This document shows positions 22,845 to 33,832 of a stretch of 64,000 nucleotides of DNA, piece by piece; positions within the stretch are counted from its first letter, which is position 1; every line of letters begins with the position of its first letter. Both the position numbers and the translations under genes were made by a program. Below the pieces are notes generated by a model that was not told the origin of the DNA, ran no database searches, and was given only the letters and a program-made list of their open reading frames with translations. The stretch is from positions 6,448,001 to 6,512,000 of the forward strand of contig CM120649.1 of assembly GCA_051362555.1 (NCBI GenBank), written 5' to 3'. Source of the DNA: Lingula anatina (Eukaryota > Animalia > Brachiopoda).

Positions 22845-23092
22845 ATCTGGAATGATGTGGCGACGATGGGGATGAGGTTTGACCCAGTTTTCTAAATGAT
22901 TGTGAAATATAGGTTATCATGAATCCTATACAGTATTCTTTAACAACCTTGAACTTCGGTCTAGTAAATCTCCGACTCGTTACGAGCAATGCCTAGTCAT
23001 GGTTTTTAAAGAAACGGCCCGTATTACAAAAACACTTAAAGTGAAAATTGCCGTGTGCCAAAAAAATGCTGTAGCACAGTTTTTATCTCATA

Positions 23093-23305
23093 GGCTCTAT
23101 TCCCATAGATTTTAGATCGATCTATCCCCTCGGGGAGTCTCACTAGATTACTTTCAGATAATCCGACTTAAATGTCCGTCCCGCCTACTACAAGCTGTAA
23201 GGGGGTAATTAACTTTCGTGTCCGCCCGGCTGACAGCTATTTAGCGTGAACCCCCAGGGAGTTAGGTCGATCTAAAGTAGGTCGATCTAATCTATGGAAA
23301 TGGGG
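23093..23305 (-). mobile_element. Harbinger-type MITE, family A, copy 4
   Basis: Reverse complement of the body of copy 3. Confidence 0.85.
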
Positions 23306-23430
23306 AGATAGTCAATTTCCTTCGAAATAAAATATTTTTGTCTGCTACTTACGAATCGCTGTTCGACCCGTCCTGATTTAGATTGGATCTTTTCTTTTCT
23401 TTTTTTTTTTATCAGATATGTTAGTTTTAA

Positions 23431-23768
23431 AGGGATAATAACTCTTCGTATGAAATCTGTATTTCACAATAAAAACATTGTGAGTGACTCATAAAAATAT
23501 AATATATTCTGTTTTCCCACAAAAACGGCTGTTATAGCTATTATTCTGATATCTGAGCTCGTCTTTAGACCACGTGACCTCCATTGATGGCTATACTCTG
23601 TTAAAATCTCTTAAGAGATTTTAACAAAAAACCAAACTTTTTAGAAAAAAACCAGAGACTAACTTTGAATGTAAAAATGGATTCATTAACCATTGGTAAG
23701 TATGGGAAAATTGTTGTTTACTCCAGGAAAATTCATTTTTTGGCCGAAACGAAGAGTTATTATCACTT
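23431..23768. mobile_element. Kolobok-like MITE
   Basis: TIRs gataataactcttcgt / acgaagagttattatc, with TTAA-like flanks. Confidence 0.6.
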
Positions 23769-24116
23769 AAAATGAGTAGTGAGTCATTTAGACCGCTATA
23801 GCATTTCAGACAATGTTGACATGAATTAAGACAGATAAAAAGATTATCAGGATATGTATACGGACATTTTCAAACCCGGATAGTAAATTGTTGAAGTATG
23901 AAGGGTTTATCTTATGCTGTATATTTCATTCCATTTATGTTGTAAAGAGCGGAGGTCCAATGTTGATATTTTTCAAGAAGATTCACATAAAATTCTATAT
24001 AATTTTCATCTTAGTTTCCGTCCTGTCGCAAACTAAGACGGACAGTAGTTCCCACAGTCGTCCAGAGACGAATAGAATCTGTTTACCCCTTAATTCCATA
24101 CAAAAACAATAAGTTC

Positions 24117-25267
24117 TTACGGGAAGAATCAATAAGTCAGATCCTGGGGATCCCTTGGATGTTTCGTGTTCCTGGCCAAGGAAGCCGCTACGGCATGGGT
24201 GTTTATGGGTGAAATGCCAGCCGGATCCAAGACGTTATACATGTAGTACGCGCCATCGATAGCTCGGAGCCGAGGCAGATAATGCTAGCCGAGCCGAGAT
24301 AATGCTACACCCTGCGGGTCGGGGCAATTATGTTTATGTTCTTATCCCTTTCAGCTCCGTCCGTCAGAAGCGTCGTTTTGTGTGCAGCCACTTGAAAACG
24401 AAAAGAGACGAAGAGACAAAGGACGTCCTGATCCTCGATCACGATTCTCCTCTAGGAAAGCAGAGAATACTTCCCATAAGATAGACGGGACTAGGGCGAA
24501 GAAAATGCGTGGAATGCACCACGGAAGATTAACCTTGCTCTTTCCGAGCCTGGAGCCAACAGGTTCCTGATTGGCGGGGTTTATTGCCGCCAAGCTGCCA
24601 AGTTACTTGAAACGGCAAAAGTATGCTATAGTGTAGAGGTTTGTTAAGTAGTCTTTGTAGCTCAGGGGGGTTTAACATCATGGAATCTTTATACATACTT
24701 TTCTTTTCTCTTGCAACAAAAGACCCTTTCCCCCCTCTTTCTATCCTTATTCTTAGCTTCTGACGTTTCCGCTGGGTATTATGAGATAATCTTTCCTGCG
24801 GCGACAAGTCTGCTACTAATGTTATTAGGGGAAACTTCTAATGTCGTAAGAATATTGCAGCAGTGATACGTCCCATATCACTTGAAGCCTTCACGAAAAC
24901 GGGACGTTTCTTTCCGGTGTCCTGATTCCTTGCTACATCCTTTATTTAAACACCATGTACCGGTTTCACACATACACAAAAAAAGTTAAGTCGGGTTCCC
25001 TGGCTAAGAACTTAGCTACCAATGTTACATGGTCACATGCTCACATCTTACCCTATCCGAAACAGTGTTATAGCACTTCCAAGGAAATCCCGGTCAACTA
25101 AGCCCGGGAGCTGACTTAAGTTTTTTTTTTTCTTCTTATGAAACTAAGCCATGTGCCTTCGCATGCCGCCATGAAAATACGAAAAAAAATGATACATCTT
25201 TCCGTCGTCTTCTACATCTCTATTCTAATGACAAAGTTTTACTTCCCCGAATGTTGTATTATAAAAA
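24117..25267 (+). promoter_or_regulatory. Immune-type promoter/enhancer of the putative cytokine: STAT (GAS) and NF-kB sites plus a TATA box
   Basis: STAT-type: TTACGGGAA 24117-24125, TTCCAAGGAA 25077-25086, TTCTTATGAA 25133-25142, TTCCCCGAA 25243-25251. kB-type: GGGAAACTTC 24829-24838, GGGACGTTTC 24901-24910, GGAAATCCC 25083-25091. TATAAAA at 25260-25266. Confidence 0.65.
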
Positions 25268-25358
25268 GGCCAGACAACTAACAACACTTCAAAAGTTAGT
25301 CTGAAAATAAGCTGTTCTACACTTAATAAGCAGGATTTTTATTTCAAATTTTTAACCT

Positions 25359-27216
25359 ATGAACGGTAAGATCAAAGTGTCAATATTTACGCTAATCATT
25401 AACTGTTATGTATAACTTTCTTTTGCATGTTGTGCGGAAACAAACTCATGGTAAACCTTAATCGAATTTTAGACACTCGTACTGTTATTTCGATCTGACA
25501 AATCATTCTCTTTACATGTAGGAGCAATGTTGGTCTTGATACTGGTGCAAGTATTAGGGACTGTGATACAGCTATCTACACCATTCCCGTTGCCGTCCGG
25601 TAATCTGACCAGCCTTCGATGGAACATGCTATGTAGCCGAGGCGTCAAATTGGCACATATCGCACCAGAACCTGTCACAATATCGAACGAAACACTGGTT
25701 AACTTAGAGGAAGCGCTTAACGTATTTTTGGACTACACTATCCAGATATCTGATCTGTCGCAAAGCATCAAGGAAAGATGGGTAAGGGCACTGCGCAGAT
25801 TGTCATAAATCGTTTTGAATGTATTAAAGAGCAAAAAAATTGAAGGGATTTTCTTTTCCTCACAATATTGTTTCATTGAAAAGGTCTATCTAGTAGTTTC
25901 GGTAAATCAATTGGCTCGTTGTACGAGGAGAGGCAGTTTTTCTTAAAATTAGAATTATTATTTGAGAAAGTGATCTAGAGATAGAAAGTAGTTCACTTAT
26001 TTTATAGTTGCCGACGACAGAATTATCATTTCGGTATGTAACGGTAGCTGTTACCAGCATTTTGAACAATACAAGGTAGTTCTTTTTGTATCTTAGACTA
26101 CATTCCCACAGATTTTTAGATCGATCTATCCCCCTGGGGAGTCTCACTAGATTGGTGTCAGTTTAACCGGCTTAAATGTCTGTCCCGCCTACTAAAAGCT
26201 GTAAGGGGGTAATTAACTGTAGTGCGCGCTCGGCTGACAGCAATTTAGCGTGAACCCCCAGGGAGTTAGGTCGATCCAGATGGATCGATCTAAAAGTGTG
26301 GGAATGCAGTCATAGTCTTGGGCCATCACAGTGTTAATTGAATATGGCTCAAATTGTGCCCACATTCAAAATATTTCGATCAAATGAACTAGCTATAGGC
26401 TTTTAATTTTAATGTTTTGGATGACCTATAAACATTTGTGACCTTATGCGTTTCCAGTTGAATAATAGATATTACAGCGATGTGGACATTTTCAACAAAA
26501 CACTGAAATCCTTTAAGTCACCACTGTCGCTGCCGAATCGGATTGATAACGAGGCCGAAAGACCAATGGTCAATGAAACGGGCATTTGCAATGTAAGTTG
26601 AAACCAAATGCAAAATTGAAAAAAAAGCTCCGATATGTTGACTTTGGTGTAGAATAACGCCAGTCGAAAATCTTTGTTTAAACTTTATAGAGACAGTTTA
26701 ATGTTATATTTCTTTCTGTTAATTTCTTCATTTTTCATGTTTGAAATGGATTTAATTGTCTTTGGTGGTTAGTAATTTTTGATTATGCAGTACTATGTAA
26801 CCTATTTCCAGGCTTCTTGCGCAACTTTTCTGAGAAATATATCAGAATCTATCCGAAAAGAGACGATGCACTTGGAGATCATTCGTGAACAAGAATATAC
26901 CGAATATTTGAGACACGAGCAAACTGTAGATAGCACAGATGACAATCTTTTAGAAAACCTAGAGGGTCTCATGTACGACATAGTCTGTGAAATAAACCAC
27001 TTCATAAATCCAACAGTTAATCCTCTGGTAAAGTTATACAGCCAAGAAAACATCACCGACAGATGGAAGAAACCGCTGACAAAAACTGAAAGGTACGCCA
27101 GAGATCTGAAGTTCATTCACCATGTTCACACTCTAGTTGCCAGTGTTAAGATCTTCTTTTCTTATGTTATGGAGGAGTTGTTTAGTTCTTTGGGAAATCC
27201 GTGGTTGATGTACTAA
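25359..27216 (+). CDS. Secreted 268-aa glycoprotein, putative Unpaired/IL-6-family four-helix cytokine. Exons 25359-25365, 25522-25781, 26458-26592, 26812-27216
   Basis: 7+260+135+405 = 807 nt, in frame. All donors are gtaag and intron phases are 1,0,0. Signal peptide MNGAMLVLILVQVLGTVIQLST; 7 N-glycosylation sequons; W-x3-C, IVCEI and ERYARDLKFI motifs. The gene model is solid; the family call is inference. Confidence 0.75.
26096..26311 (-). mobile_element. Harbinger-type MITE, family A, copy 5 (in cytokine intron 2)
   Basis: Reverse complement of the family A body; termini gactacattccc / gggaatgcagtc. Confidence 0.85.
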
Positions 27217-29817
27217 TGCTTTTGCTTTGGTGACACCCACGTGGTCACACAAATATTGGTGCCAGACGGATACACTTGTTTGCAATGCGTTTGATCAAAC
27301 TGTGATATGTTTTAAAGATTAAATTTAGATATTTACTTTTTGTTTTATTATATGGATTACCCTGAGTATGTTTACTCTGAGGGTCTGATTGGTGCTATTA
27401 GGAAAGTATCAGAGTGATGTTTATTGAAGATTAGAATATATAGACTATCAGGTGTACGCATCTACGGGTAAATTGTTGACAGATCCAATTTCGTTTTCGC
27501 CTTTTTTCATTTTGAAACATCTTTTTTCAAACACGGAAATTATATACTTTTAACTTTATATTATTGTGATAAGTTACTACAGGGAAAATTTAATCGTTAC
27601 GTTATGATTTTTTTACCGTTATTCGGTACTTATTCAAATATATTTTCGAGCTGTTTTATTGATTATAATTATAGACCTACTGATATTCTTCATGGTTTTA
27701 TGGAAAATAAAATTCAAAGTTCACCTCATGTTACCCTCCATACTGTTCGCCAGTGTTGAATTGGAGATTAAGATGGATATGATCGCACTTATACTTTTAA
27801 TATAATTATCTAAAGACATACATAGGGCTAATTAACGCTAACGCAACAGATTAAATTACGAGCGTCATACTTTCTGATCTCTAATAGCATAAGGGATACT
27901 AGCTTTTGGTGACAACGAAACTTCTTTGTGGACAGAAAAAAACCGCGACTCACGAAAATCATGTCCTCTAATTCCTATTACAAAAATCAACGCCACGCTC
28001 AAAAGTGAGTCACTGTGATCAACAAAACTTCCTATAACACTATTTTCACTTCAATGAAAGATGATTTAAGGATTCTGTCGAGAATATCTTTGGGGACCAT
28101 TACCGCCCATTTATGCTTCAGCATGATTATGCTACCCACCCAACGCAACAGTAAGTTTGTTATATGGGAACCAGATCCAGACCCCCCCCCCCCCCCCACC
28201 CCCAATTGGCCAGTTCAATCCCTAGATCACAACCTCATTAAATATGTGTAGGATATCTTCAGAAATGGATAACTAAGGGATAACCCTCCAAAAATGATTT
28301 CATATTATCTTTCTGTGGAACGCCATCACTGCGCAGCAAAACTTTTTGACTCAACACAATCGCTTCAGGTGGTTTTTCCAATCCGCAGGATACTGTACAA
28401 GATACCGAAAGATCTTGATTTTTTTCCTATGGAAAGTTTATTCGTTGATGGTACAAGCAGTAAATGTTTCTGAATAACTCCTTTTAGGAGATGAATAAAG
28501 AACATTCATGACCTGATTTTCTGTACCACGTACTTCACCCATTGCGTTAGGGGTGACACTTTTTTTGCAAGAGAAGGATAATATTTCAAGACGACAAAAG
28601 AGTAAAAAATAATTTCTCCTTAGATACTTTCAAGTATCTTTTTTTTTCACGAATTCTCAAGAGATATTTGGAATAAAGTCGAAATATTTACCAGTGAATA
28701 AAGTTCACCATGAATGTAGCATATCAGTAAAATTAAAGAATAGAATAAATTCTTAAAATATCAGATGCTTTTATATAGTAATAAACACAATTTACTTTAA
28801 CGTATTCCACTTGAACGTAAACAGTATATAGGAAATTTATCTAAAAAACCCTTTGTCTAGAGCCCCCCCCCCCCCCCCCCCTGCTCCCAGAAACTTCTTG
28901 TATCATTGTTATAAACCGCTGTACTTTGAACAGGGGTTTTCTTATGGGTATTAATTGACTGCACATGTTACATATTTGTATATACTTTACGTTGCATGTA
29001 CATGTATATTAGATAACGTGCAATTGGTTCTGCCACTTATCATATCAGAATGTTTAATACTTGAAGCCTGTATGAAGAATTCTGGCAACATTAAATCTTA
29101 TAGGACACTTAATTTTATAGGACAAGTATTGGGCAGTTTCCTTTTTTCTTTTTCATTTTCTTATTCAATGTCCGGAACTCACTTAGTTCGAAAACCACAA
29201 AACACACTTAATTTTCGTATTTGAAAAGTCAGCATGCAGATATTCAACCATATATCCCGTATAACACATATGTGAACAATTTTCGAAAATCCTGCATCGT
29301 CTCGAGGCCATATATTACGGGGCCTGTAAGAATGTGTTTTTCTGTTTTGCCGTACTATCAGTCCTACGTCCACTACCATACAGTCGCTCCCGTCTCACAA
29401 CTGCCATGTACTGAACTGGACTTTGTACATCGAGCTTTGTATCCTAGCTTCACACCTGTACCGCTGTGCTCTGAGAGACGGACAATTTAATTATTCCGTA
29501 AAAGGATCACCTAAATGGACTCCTGCGTCCGACACAGACAATTGCTTAACTTCCTCAACATTGCGTACACGGGACTTTACTCCCATTCGCAAGCCCTCTT
29601 CAAAGTCGCTCCTTACTGTGAATTCCTTGATAAATGAAGTTATCTTGAAAGTACATGTGTAAACTACACAGAGTGTTGAACAGAGCATCACGATGAAGTT
29701 TCTGAATAGATGGTTACTTCAGGGCAAAGTGTGGCAATAATGCACAAGCAGTCAAGTGTTGGATATCACTTCCAAAGAGACCCAGTTCTTCATAGCAGAG
29801 CACGTATATGCCTATGC

Positions 29818-30903
29818 TCACAAATTGGACGGTTCAGTTTCACAACTTGGACAAGAGTCACGATATTGAGAAGCGCAGCACATGCGCTGTATTCGCCTCC
29901 GGAAGCTTGCCCTGAACACGCAGTAAATGAAGAAATTACAGGAACAGTTTAAAGTGGCCAACATGTTGCACGCGACGTTAAAGTGCGAGTGACTTACGCC
30001 GAGATATCCGACAGTGGCGTACAAAACGTGATTTGTAAAAACCGGCAACTCGCACACGATGTACACCACCAGAACCGCGACTAGCATGATCGTGATTTGG
30101 GTGTCTTCGGCAGAAGCCGCGGCGTCCGACCCAAATCCTTTCTGGAGCTGGTCCCTTCGCTTTGAGCCCTGCCTCAGGGACACGATAAGGCGCAGGTTGA
30201 AGAAGAACAGCGCTGCCAAAGGGAGCAGGAAGGCCAGGGCAATCTGGGTCCCAGTATGGAGAGTGCGGCCCAGCTGTGTCTCTCCGATACCGTAATGGAC
30301 GAGAACCGGTTCCATTTCCCTTGTACATGGGTCAAACTGCTCAACCGTCCTCTGCCTCCAAAACCATGGCAGGTTGACCAAAACTGCACCAATGGCTGTG
30401 ACGACGATCATTACACACGTCCGCGTATTCGTGCACCACGAAACGGCTTTAAAGGGCCAACAGACGCCTATGTATCGATCCACTGCCACCAGAACCACAA
30501 ACCAAAGTCCCAACGTCTGCGCCATCATCCCAAACGGGTACTCCCACGGCTCCATGTACGGCCAAGCGTCCTTGTATTCCTTAAACAAGCCTGTGTAGTC
30601 GTAGATAGAGCGGAAGGATTGGAATAGAAGACAATGGGTAAGGTAAAGGATGTCTGCCACGGCCAGAGCAAGGAGAAGATAGAACGAAGTGCATTTTTTG
30701 CGTTCCGGCCAAAACACCACGAAAGACAGGACGTTCCCGACGTAACCTATTACACATAGTGTGCCGACAACGACGGTGTCCATATAAAAGGCGGTGGCAG
30801 CGTAATTAACGCTTGACGTACAGTTATCGTTGGTGACGTTGTCAACATGTGATGCATTATTATCTTGTACCGTTAGCGCTATTGCGGAGCCATTGTTGTC
30901 CAT
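29818..30903 (-). CDS. Class A peptide GPCR, FMRFamide-receptor-like, 361 aa, single coding exon
   Basis: Seven hydrophobic segments; GN in TM1, LAVAD in TM2, VDRY, CELP in TM6, NCSCNFFIY in TM7; N-terminal sequons. ATG at 30903 follows an in-frame TGA, and a 5'UTR acceptor lies at 30973. Confidence 0.9.
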   Translation of the reverse strand: MDNNGSAIALTVQDNNASHVDNVTNDNCTSSVNYAATAFYMDTVVVGTLCVIGYVGNVLSFVVFWPERKKCTSFYLLLALAVADILYLTHCLLFQSFRSIYDYTGLFKEYKDAWPYMEPWEYPFGMMAQTLGLWFVVLVAVDRYIGVCWPFKAVSWCTNTRTCVMIVVTAIGAVLVNLPWFWRQRTVEQFDPCTREMEPVLVHYGIGETQLGRTLHTGTQIALAFLLPLAALFFFNLRLIVSLRQGSKRRDQLQKGFGSDAAASAEDTQITIMLVAVLVVYIVCELPVFTNHVLYATVGYLGVSHSHFNVACNMLATLNCSCNFFIYCVFRASFRRRIQRMCCASQYRDSCPSCETEPSNL

Positions 30904-33719
30904 GACGGCAGGCAATATGTCCTTGGACACGCTGTGTATATGGCAGTCGATATGCTCGAATTTTTCTCAACCCTAGAAAGAAAGGAACAATAAGAATTCA
31001 TATTACATTGTGCACGACATGTCGTCGTTCTTTTTTGTTTTGCTTTATGGTTTACGTAAAAAGGGCGGAGTTGGTTGCATTATTTTGTGTAGCTGCACCA
31101 GTAGAGTAGAATAAGTTGCCAATTTTTATTAGACAAGTAGAATCACAAGAATCTTTTAAAAAGGAATTAAAAACTCATATTTTTAAGACATTTTATTCAT
31201 GAATTTTAAATTTTACAATTTTAAGAAACCTTGGATTTTTTACTTTTAATTACTGTTTATTACAATTTAGCTTAGCTCTTATTTATATAAAATATATCTT
31301 TACCATTTTTATCTATAAACTTCTTTGTATTTTATGTTGTACAGTCTATTGAACATTTTATGGATTTTAGACTTGAAATAAATATATTATTATTATTATA
31401 TTATATTATTATATTTCTTGGTGTTCCCCTGGAGTAAATTCATTTTGTCAATAAAAATTCATAACGTAATTCAGTCGCAATTAATTGTATCCTTTCAGGT
31501 TTTGAGTAAAACGGGGAACAGTTTTTCAAAAGTTCGAAATTTTGTGACGTTCACATAATTCACAGACAAGATATCCTAGTTTACCTTCCTTAAACTGAAA
31601 TTTAAAAAAAAATGCAAAAACATGTTACACCGGGTTTGCGACCGCCTGGAGAACTAATTTTGGCCTATTTTACGATGATAATAACGGGCCAAATTTCGTT
31701 CACCAAGAGTAACAAATACATCGTGGTGAAAATGCCAGCGAAAAGTAACAGGAAATATGAATACTTGGAAATTTTTTCTAATTTTTCCTCGACAGGGCCT
31801 GTATTCAAAAAGTGTTTGATTTTGTGAGCAAATTCTAGTCGTTCCATAAAAAAAATCATTCGCCAAGATTGTGTTTTAGTGAAACCGATGCATAAATCAT
31901 ACCCTAAACCTTGGTCTTGATGAGGTTGATTTGAAGTGTACTATTAAGGTTTTTATTTCATCACCACAGGCTCGTAGACCTAGTTCCTAATATAAATAAA
32001 TGTATCACTAATGTGCAGCATAACTGTATATTTTTGTGCGAGTACAGGTAGTGAGAACAATGTAAGTGAACATTTCAAACCTTTGATAAAGAACATGCGG
32101 GTGAAATACTGAAGTTACCGTTCAACAAGCTTGCGTTTGAAAAAAAGTTGTATCCCGTATCTTTTTTCGAGCACAGTGTAATAGAAGGTAAGGTTGGGGA
32201 AAATATAGATTAATAACATTATCTATACTACAGTATGTGCAAGGAACGTTACATCATGGTTGTTACACGTAAGATTATGATCGTGTTCATATATTCTGGT
32301 GAACATTTCCAAGTGTGAAAATAGGCATTTTGGCATTACCAATTAGTTTCTAATCATACTTATGATGTTTAATGTCACATTTAGTCTGATGTTGCCCATA
32401 GTCTATATATGAAAATAAGGCAGACAATCAGGATACGGGACATTACGAAAATGTTCCTATATCATGCTAAGGGATCATTCACATTGAAACTGTCGGTCTA
32501 CGTAGATTGATCCGACTCAGCTGGTACTTTCGCTGAATGCAATCAGTTTAACATGTTATCACTTCTCTTAGTACTAGTAGAGGTGACACTCACGTCGTCA
32601 GCCTAACTTTTTACGTTATTGGGATATTTTTTCAAATATTTTTGAGGTTTCTGTTAGAGTCCCAATTATCTAACTTCATGAAAATTCAATTTTTCTTGAA
32701 TTGAAAAGTCAAATTATCGTACTGTCTTTAAATCGTAATGTAAACTACTCTTCAACCCATTATCTTTGAGGGCGGGTCGGCAATAAGCACGATCATTCTG
32801 TTTCATGTTTTCTGATATACATTCTAGGTGGTCACACAAATAGGTCTCTGGTGCATAAACGAAAACGTAAAATAAAAGTGCAATATTTCGTGCAAGTTGG
32901 CAATTTAATCTGAAAATTCATCGCAGACACTTTGTGTAGATCTTAAATGGCAAACTGTCACTCTACGTAGATTCCTTTGGAACAAATTTTAACTTGAGCT
33001 TCTTTTGTACCGTTGACGCTTTACCTGTTGATTTTCCAGAGCTGCATTTTTCCTACTGCCACCTTTTTCTCCACGAGCAATGATACAACCTACACCTAAC
33101 AAACTTGCCATTCTTTTGATTGCAACATTGGCCAAGCCACACATCAGGCTCTTCTTGAAACTTGCAAATACACTATATTTTACCTTTCGACGTTTTAGAA
33201 CTTCTTTCACAACTTTAACCGACCTCAAGCTTCCCGCTTCGCAAAGCCATTAAGAGTTAAGAACCCACAATGCAACGCGAATCTCTTGTTTTGATGTTCA
33301 AGCAGCTACTAAAACTTGGCAAAATACGAAAAAATATCGAATGTATTATGGCTAAGCAGGCACGTAGCCACACCAGGGGGTTCGGGAGAAAGTCTGCTTT
33401 CTTTTTTCGGCTGGGTCAAGTGGCGTACATTTAAATGAGGAAGTCTTCTTGTGAAAGCTTTTATTACAAAAAAAAAAAAAAAAAAATGCCCGCAGTTAAA
33501 ATGATTGGTATCTCTTTGTCTTTCGGAATAAGCTTCGTCCCATACTTAGTATTAAGGATGGTGCTCACAAAATGACCGGACGTGTTTTTTTTTTTTCATT
33601 TGTTCCTTATTGTTTACTGCATTTACTACATGTAACCCCCATCATGAAACAAAGAAAGCAATTGTGACGGCACATTTACTTATATGAAATCACATCATTT
33701 TCTAACGAAAGGAATTAAA

Positions 33720-33832
33720 GAGAGAAAAGTCTGATAAATCGGGAGAATTTTAGTCTGAATCGGGAGATCGGGAGAAATGTCCCAAAATCGAGAGACTCGA
33801 GGCCGACGAGTTAGGGAGAGTTGGCAGGTCTA
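33720..33832 (+). mobile_element. Right end of a CGGGAGA-rich (hAT-like) MITE
   Basis: Repeated cgggaga motifs ending gggagagttggcaggtct. Confidence 0.45.

Noticed and set aside
25473-25521. Alternative acceptor for cytokine exon 2 at 25472
   Set aside because: It gives an in-frame TGA after eight codons; the acceptor at 25521 keeps the frame.
29710-30627. Several ORFs overlapping or antisense to the GPCR
   Set aside because: Shadow ORFs of GC-rich coding sequence with no motifs.
30904-30930. GTG start of the GPCR given in the ORF track
   Set aside because: This is a eukaryotic gene; the first in-frame ATG is at 30903, downstream of a splice acceptor and an in-frame stop.
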